A stretch of DNA of 64,000 nt from Paraspadella gotoi (lineage: Eukaryota > Animalia > Chaetognatha): NCBI GenBank assembly GCA_051294375.1, contig CM119266.1, positions 13,183,972-13,247,971 on the forward strand, written 5' to 3'. Shown here piece after piece: positions 57,745-64,000 of the stretch. The translations under genes were made by a program, and so were the position numbers. The notes under the pieces were generated by a model, which saw only the letters and a program-made list of their open reading frames with translations, was not told the origin of the DNA and did not search any database. Numbering within the stretch: the first letter of the stretch is position 1; every line of letters starts with the position of its first letter.

Positions 57745-58290
57745 CACTATGAAGCCATACCGTAAGTGGGACAGCAAAAATTTCATACAGCCTTCGCTAC
57801 CACCTGTAACCACTACACTATGAATAGCCATAGTAAGGGGACAGCAGGAAAAATTTCATACAGCCTCGCCTACCCCACTTGTAACCACCTACACTCTCTG
57901 AAGGCCATTAGTAGGTGGACAGCAGAAAATTCATACAGCCTCGCTACCCACCATGTAAACCACTACACTCTGAAGCCATTAGTAAAGGTACCAGCAAGAA
58001 AATTTCATACAGCCTCGCTACCCACCTGTAACCACTACACTCTGAAGCCATCAGTAAGGGTTGAGACAGCTCCTCTCGGAAAATTTCTACAGCCTTCGCA
58101 CCCACGTAACCACTACACTCTGAAGCCATAGTAAGGTGGACAGCCACGAAAAATTTCATACAGCTCGATACCCACCCTGCTAACCACATACACTATGAAG
58201 CCATAGTTAGGTTGTACAGCAAAGAAAATTTACATCACTCGCTACCCACCTGTAACCACTACATATGAACCTGTAACGTGGACAGCAGAA
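57745..58290. repeat. ~70-bp tandem repeat, ~7.5 copies
   Basis: Unit ~GAAGCCATAGTAAGGTGGACAGCAGAAAATTTCATACAGCCTCGCTACCCACCTGTAACCACTACACTCT starts at ~57751, 57822, 57900, 57972, 58044, 58123, 58197 and 58267. Confidence 0.92.
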
Positions 58291-58842
58291 TTCCGCGCTA
58301 TATTTTCAACTGCTTAAGCCACCAACCCACCCCCCTCCAATAATTTTGTTGTTGATTTTATCTTATTAGCAAAAAGCTTTATCCTTGGAACTTGTTTGAT
58401 TGAAAAAAGTTAATTGCAGTATACCACTTCATTTTGCTTTGAATATCTTCAATTTTCTATTAGTGGTTTTTTAATTTAGAATGCCATATCTAATTAAATT
58501 TCATCTCTATAATAGTAACAATTTTTTTTTTATTTTTCATTTCTTAAAAAATATAAACTTAACAATATGGCAACCATTAGAGTATAAATACTCAAAGGTT
58601 TTTAAATAATGCAAAATACCACGTCAGAGAAAATTTTATTTACGAACTTAAAAATTATTAAGAAAGGATAATTACAAAAAAACATTAGACATGAGACTTA
58701 GAATAGGCAGGGATTTTTAAATTAACGGATTTAACTAAAAAGATTTAATGTAATTTCTCTCGATTCGTTGTTGTTGGTAAGTTTTAGTTACCAACGTTTT
58801 TTATTATTCAAAAAACAACGGTCTAAATTAAAACAAAAATAA

Positions 58843-58884
58843 ACGGATATGTTTCGTCTCTGATGAGAGCCTTCTTCAGCTGCG
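58843..58884 (-). ncRNA. Second Penelope-type hammerhead-like motif (diverged)
   Basis: Minus strand: gcag-CTGAAGA-A-GGCTCT-catc-AGAGAC-GAAAC-ATATC-cg. Flanks resemble those of the 24.05-kb motif (tttgaag..GA-rich..tttcaacaaagaa on one side, caacgtttt..tttatt on the other). Confidence 0.6.
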
Positions 58885-59242
58885 ACAAAATATTGTTTCT
58901 ATAAATAGTTTTTCCACAGGAATTTGAAGAAGAGAGACAGAGAGAGAGAAAGAAGAGAGCAGAGGACAGAGATAAAAGGTTTCAACAAAGAATTTATTTC
59001 ACTAAAATCGTTTACTTATCTCATCCCTTGAATATTAACACTCTATTATTTCAAATTCATTCATTTCAATTTTTCAAATTTCAACACATGAATTTATTGC
59101 CAATTGAAGAGACATGTAATTATTGATGAAGTGTTACAATGACAGGAACCCGTGCTCAATATAAGCAGGTCCCTGAGCTTCGGATCAGGCTGTAACACCA
59201 TGTACAGGCGGATTAAGCGGCCCCGATCCTCTTAACTGCCAG

Positions 59243-59317
59243 TACGACCACCGGGTGCTAGAACCCGGACCTTTGGGTTGGAGGCGAATGAACTTGCCTA
59301 CGGCAACCAATGGCCGC
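59243..59317 (-). mobile_element. tRNA-derived SINE head or tRNA pseudogene (Trp-CCA-like loop)
   Basis: Minus strand: GCGGCCA-TTGGTTGCCGTAGGCAAG-TTCATTCGC-CTCCAAC-CCAAAGGT-CCGGG-TTCTAGCA-CCCGG-TGGTCGT-A. Acceptor and T stems pair and there are A/B-box-like motifs, but the anticodon stem is mismatched. GC-richer sequence continues to ~59140. Confidence 0.6.
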
Positions 59318-59879
59318 TGATGAAGCGGTTGGAGGTTTTTTAGTCCACTATACAATTTTGTTAGTTAGACATTACAAATAAGTTTGCTTTAATTTTATCA
59401 TTGTTGTACATTGCTCAAATGTTAATGTTTATTCTTCTCTCTCTCTCTCCTCCTCTCTCTCTCTCTCTCTGCTCTCTGCAACTTCACCAAATTCATTTCT
59501 TTTCACCACTTATTCTATCTAGCCTCAACTAAATCTGTCCTTTAAACTGACCACTAATCTCTTCTCAATTCTTTGTTTGGAACTAACCTTCTATCTCTCT
59601 CTCTCTCTTTCTCTCTCTCTCCTCTCTCTCTCTGTACGATCTCTTTTGCTGTTGATCGTTTTTAAAAAAATTTTTGATTATTTTTTCTTTTACACTTTTA
59701 TTTCGCCATTTATTCCGCGATTTTTTCTCAATGCCAAAATCCAAATTAACATCCGAGATTTTCGTTGGATTTATACTTTCTTTCTTCTCTCTTTCCAATC
59801 TCTCTCTCTCCTCTTTTTCTCTCTCTCTTTCCACTCATACACGATTTTGCTTGTTTTATTTATGATGATTGATCATTGA

Positions 59880-60112
59880 GTCAATCGAATGACTATCATC
59901 TTATCAATAAATGATTGTCATCACATCACATGAATGACTATCATTGCAATCAACCTTTGGTTCATTATCACATCAATCATTTGGTAATCATAAAATCTCG
60001 ATCTTTGGTTATCAATCGCCATCAATTAGTTGGCTTATCATTCGCATCAATATTCGGTTATATCACCTCCATCAATCTGTGGTTATCATCGCACCAATAT
60101 TTGGTTATCATT
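59880..60112. repeat. Degenerate ~20-22-bp minisatellite (ATCAATCTTTGGTTATCATC-like)
   Basis: Recurrent tggttatca / atcaat units. Confidence 0.6.
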
Positions 60113-60287
60113 GAGGGAGGCTCGATCCTATTCTTTTTAAAGATTTTTTTTTCTTCTCCTTTTCTCTTCCTCGCTCTCTCATCTTTTCTCCTCTCTTTCT
60201 CTCTTTCTCTCTCTTAATGATTATTTCCAAATGAGTTTTACCTTCATGCAGAGGCCTTTAAAGTTACGAATCTCTCTCTTCTCTCCG

Positions 60288-60321
<34 letters not shown>

Positions 60322-61489
60322 TTTTTTTTCTCTCTCCCTTCTCTTTCTCTCTCTTTCATTCCTCTCTCTCTCCTCTCTCCTCGTCTCTGCTCTCTCTCTT
60401 TTCTTACTGACATTAGTCGAAAGAACTCAGCAATCGGGCTGATAGCTTACGCATTCTTATTCTCTCTCCTCGTCTATATCTTTACTCTCTCTCTTTCTTG
60501 TTCTCCTCTCTCTTTTTCTCTCTCTCTTCTTTTTCGTCTCGCCTGATTCCGCAACCTTTCTTAGTTAATTTATATAGAAAATAAAAATTCGATTTACATG
60601 CAAACTAGTCTACTTGCCACAGTCAGATTTCTTTCTTAAAACGAAAAACCGCAAAAAACCGCAACAGGGAGGTTATGTCTCAGACACCACCCCAGCTATT
60701 GAATGCCTTATATGAAGCTTAAATTTCGATGATCCTAAATATCCCGACAACTTAAAGCTGACTCCAAGGAAAATTCTGGGAGGCTCATTTTCATGCTCTA
60801 AACACTTTGCCAGCTAATGCCACTGTATTGCAAACTTTCATTCTACAAATTAACTTAAGAAATAATATGTCAACAGGAAACCTATAGTCGATAGAGCTGT
60901 TCGACTTGACTTATTAAAAATATATAGTTTTCATAATAAAAATTAGTTTATTTCTGAGCGTATGATTAATGTTGTGGGTAACCAAACAGCAATCCAAAAA
61001 AATTCAATTTGCATCGCAAAGACTGCATTTGAAAATAATAATTTCCGTACTAATGACAAAAAAACGAAATAACGTTTAATAGAAATGGCAAAGGAGTTTA
61101 AAGACACGATATTTGCAAAAAATCAATAGAAATTTGCTAAAGTGATGACATGGACTTTTCCACGGGTGTGGATTACACTGGGGGGGGAGTACGGGTAGAG
61201 ACCCCCTTCGGTCGCCCCCCTCCGGCCGGTTTTCGGGAGCGCCGAAGATAAACGACATTCTCTATATTAACAAATGACTCTTCGCCGTCGTCCACCTTTT
61301 TTTTTTTCTTGAAGATGGACGGTCGACTGAGAATATCGGGCTAAAACCTTTTTTTGTCGGGGGGGGGAGAGAGGGGGGAGAAGAGAGGAGCTCGACGGCG
61401 AGAACCCAAAAAATCCCGGATATTAGTCTACTCGGTTGATTACTTATCATTTGTTATTATTGACGTTTTGGACGACGATTTCGGGGTAG

Positions 61490-61827
61490 GAATGTTTTTA
61501 GTGGTGGAAGTTGGAATGAATGAATGAATGAAAAAAAAGAAAGAAAAAAGAGGAAAGAAAGAACAGAGAAGAAAGAAAGAAAGACAAGAGAAAGAAAGAA
61601 AAGAAAATTATTCAAGAACGGACGATAAAATTTCTTTCTTTTTGTTTTTTCATTCCTTTTTTTTGTTTTTTAAATTGAGGTGAAAAGCGCGGACTTAACA
61701 TTCGACGGGAAGAAAAACATTTGATATCGCCCGGGAGGAGCGGAGAGGGCAAAATAGATCCCTCCTTTCTCTCTCTCTCTCTCTCTCTCGTCTCTCCTCC
61801 TCTCTCTCCTCTCTCTCTCTTCTCTCT

Positions 61828-61864
<37 letters not shown>

Positions 61865-63395
61865 CCATCTGAGAGATCTTATCTCCATGTCGATTAAAAC
61901 TGATGAATTAATTGACTCCCAAAATCGCTGCTTAGCTTTTTTGTTTTTTCTGCCAGCTTCGAACGAGAACGAGTCATCAAAACCACAAAAGGGAAACGCT
62001 TCTTTTTCCGTCTCATTTGTTTTGTCCTCTTTAGTTATTTATTTTTTACCCTTATCTATGTTTAATGTTTTTAGTTTTTAGTACTTCAAACCAATGTTAA
62101 GCGAATGCGTTAAAACTTTAATATCTTTTCTTACAGAGACATCGATAAGACTCTGTTTATATATTCTTAAATCAGTTCATCATTTACATTCCTCTTTATG
62201 TCTTCTCCTCGTTCCTCCCTCCAAGACTTCGCGTTTCTTTTCTCATCCACGCTTGATCTATCTTCTCCGTGCGCCCAAAACAAAAACATAGATCCTCCGC
62301 AAAACCCGACCATTCATGCATTAGGCACCCCCCTTCGCCCACCCGCGCACTTTTTCCATCGCCAGGGCATCTTTTAAACTAGTTTCTAAATACTATTTTT
62401 TATTTCATGCTTCTCTTTTCTTCTAAATATGTATACTTTACAGGCGTTGTAAATTTTAAATTAACTTTACTATTTAAATTTCTAACAAGTGGAGAAAACG
62501 AAAAACCCTTCGTAGTACTAGATGAACATTTATGTAATAAAAAAATTTACTAATAAATTTTTCAATTTACGCAGTAGGCCATATTCTATACCTTCAGTAC
62601 TCAAACCAATAAATGCTTAAAATTAGCAAACAGTCTTTTTCGTAAGACATTTGGCATATTTGGATCTCGTCATAAAAAAGTGCATTCAAAGAAATATAAC
62701 TCTTTTTGCAAAAATTCCTTCCATGCGATGCTGTGACGACTGACACATCTAAAGTGTGCCGTCAACACAATTACACAGAAAACCTGGAGTGAACACCAGA
62801 TCCCCAGCTAATCCTCATTTAAGTCTGAAATAAGTTTTATATATTAAATAGTTTTTTAATTTTTCTAACCCCACTTAATGCAGAAGAATTTTTAAAAGAT
62901 CGATATTATATTCTTTTATCAACTTTTGACGAGAATTCAAATCTGCAATCAAAATTAACGAAAAGCCCCTATTTTGAAAATTCTCGACTTTTATAAGGAT
63001 AAGTACATATTATATAAACTCATAGCCTACTGCGACAAATTAAAAAAACATAAAATACTAATTCTATATGTGACTTCGACCTCGGTTGACCCCGTGAATA
63101 AATCATTCCTTGTCTTGTGTTTCGCTTACTATTTTGTCGCCGAAATCTCTCCAACTCCTTGATCTTCATCTTTGTTCCCTCTCCTTTTTCCCCGAAGGAT
63201 TTTCTTTTTCCCAGAACATCTCTTTCCCTCTAATGTTCGCCCTCACCCCTTCATAACGCCCCCAAGCCACCTCACCCCACGGGCCCTCAACCTCCCCCCC
63301 ATCTGAATCCCCGTTTCCCGCTTCATTTCTATGCGCTTAACCGCGAACTGAACAGAACGATACAAGACGTCTCTTGTCAAAAGTTTTTTAACCTC
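61490..63395. repeat. Rearranged indel-rich duplicate of 51840-54030 (61490-63000 direct, 63030-63395 inverted). 54050-54327 is also an inverted copy of 52245-52620
   Basis: 61610-61760 matches 52465-52615. 61900-62060 matches 52750-52890. 63060-63320 matches the reverse complement of 51915-52175. Confidence 0.88.
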
Positions 63396-63499
63396 ATCTC
63401 TCCGTTCTCAGTTTGAGAAAATCCGTCAGATTTGTTCTCCCTTAATTTTCTCGAGGATCTTTTTTTTCCTTGAAGATTTTCCAGCGATCTACTTGAAGC

Positions 63500-63574
<75 letters not shown>

Positions 63575-64000
63575 AAGCGACGAGATTGCAGAATTGGTTT
63601 GAAGAGGCGTTTGACCCAATCCAATCGTTGATGGGATTTTTCCTTTAGAATGTTGACGGAGATGTTGAAGATGATTCTTCAATGGGATTTGATTAGAAGC
63701 GGGAATCGTTTATTCCCAGGGAACGACGTTGAAAAGTCTCAACTTCGGGAACATTAACTGTGTCAATTAAATAATATTGGTATTACGAAATGTTAACTTT
63801 ATATTCAAGCATTCTTTTTTCTCTCTCAATTCTCCTTTCGTTTCCTAATCCCATCCAAACAAGTCCAAACAAATCGTCTGGCTTAAAGTCTTCATAATAA
63901 ATACCACTTTTTTCCCCCCATTTTTTTAAATAATATTTTCATTCCTTCCATCCTACCTTCTGTTCTTCTGTATTTATTGCTTTCTTGCCTGACTTTTCTT

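Noticed and set aside
57745-58290. CRISPR-like array or tandem hammerheads
   Set aside because: The whole unit repeats with no unique spacers, no cas genes are present, and CTGAAGCC lacks the CUGAnGA core.
58860-58866. Plus-strand CTGATGA as a hammerhead core
   Set aside because: No downstream stem II-GAAA on the plus strand. It is the complement of the stem II loop of the minus-strand motif.

Overview
AT-rich animal-type genomic DNA with (GA)n/(CT)n microsatellites, GT-AG introns and exons rich in G/C at third codon positions. The best-supported gene is an intact 4-exon Na+/Ca2+ exchanger (NCX/SLC8 family, ~921 aa, 5181-9093, +). It has an unusual Cys-rich N-terminal module and a weakly basic XIP segment. 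A probable 5-exon low-complexity His/Lys/Glu-rich gene (41352-46845) sits downstream of a palindromic RFX X-box. There are three intact tRNA-Gly(TCC) genes and one pseudogene. The most interesting feature missed by the ORF track is a 5'-truncated Penelope-like retroelement on the minus strand, present as two tandem copies at 22.25-25.76 kb. Its frameshifted sequence still shows the NGYP, LPY, GIY-YIG and NRD motifs, and the second copy ends in a minimal hammerhead ribozyme followed by AATAAA. A related hammerhead terminus lies at 58.85 kb next to a tRNA-derived SINE-like head. Other repeats include a TTAA-flanked TIR element, palindromic MITE-like hairpins and a ~70-bp tandem array. Much of the window (13-31 kb, 52-63 kb) consists of indel-rich inverted or direct duplicates next to exactly-25-N gaps. 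These are most likely raw long-read gap-filling or fold-back artefacts, including the inverted NCX copy.
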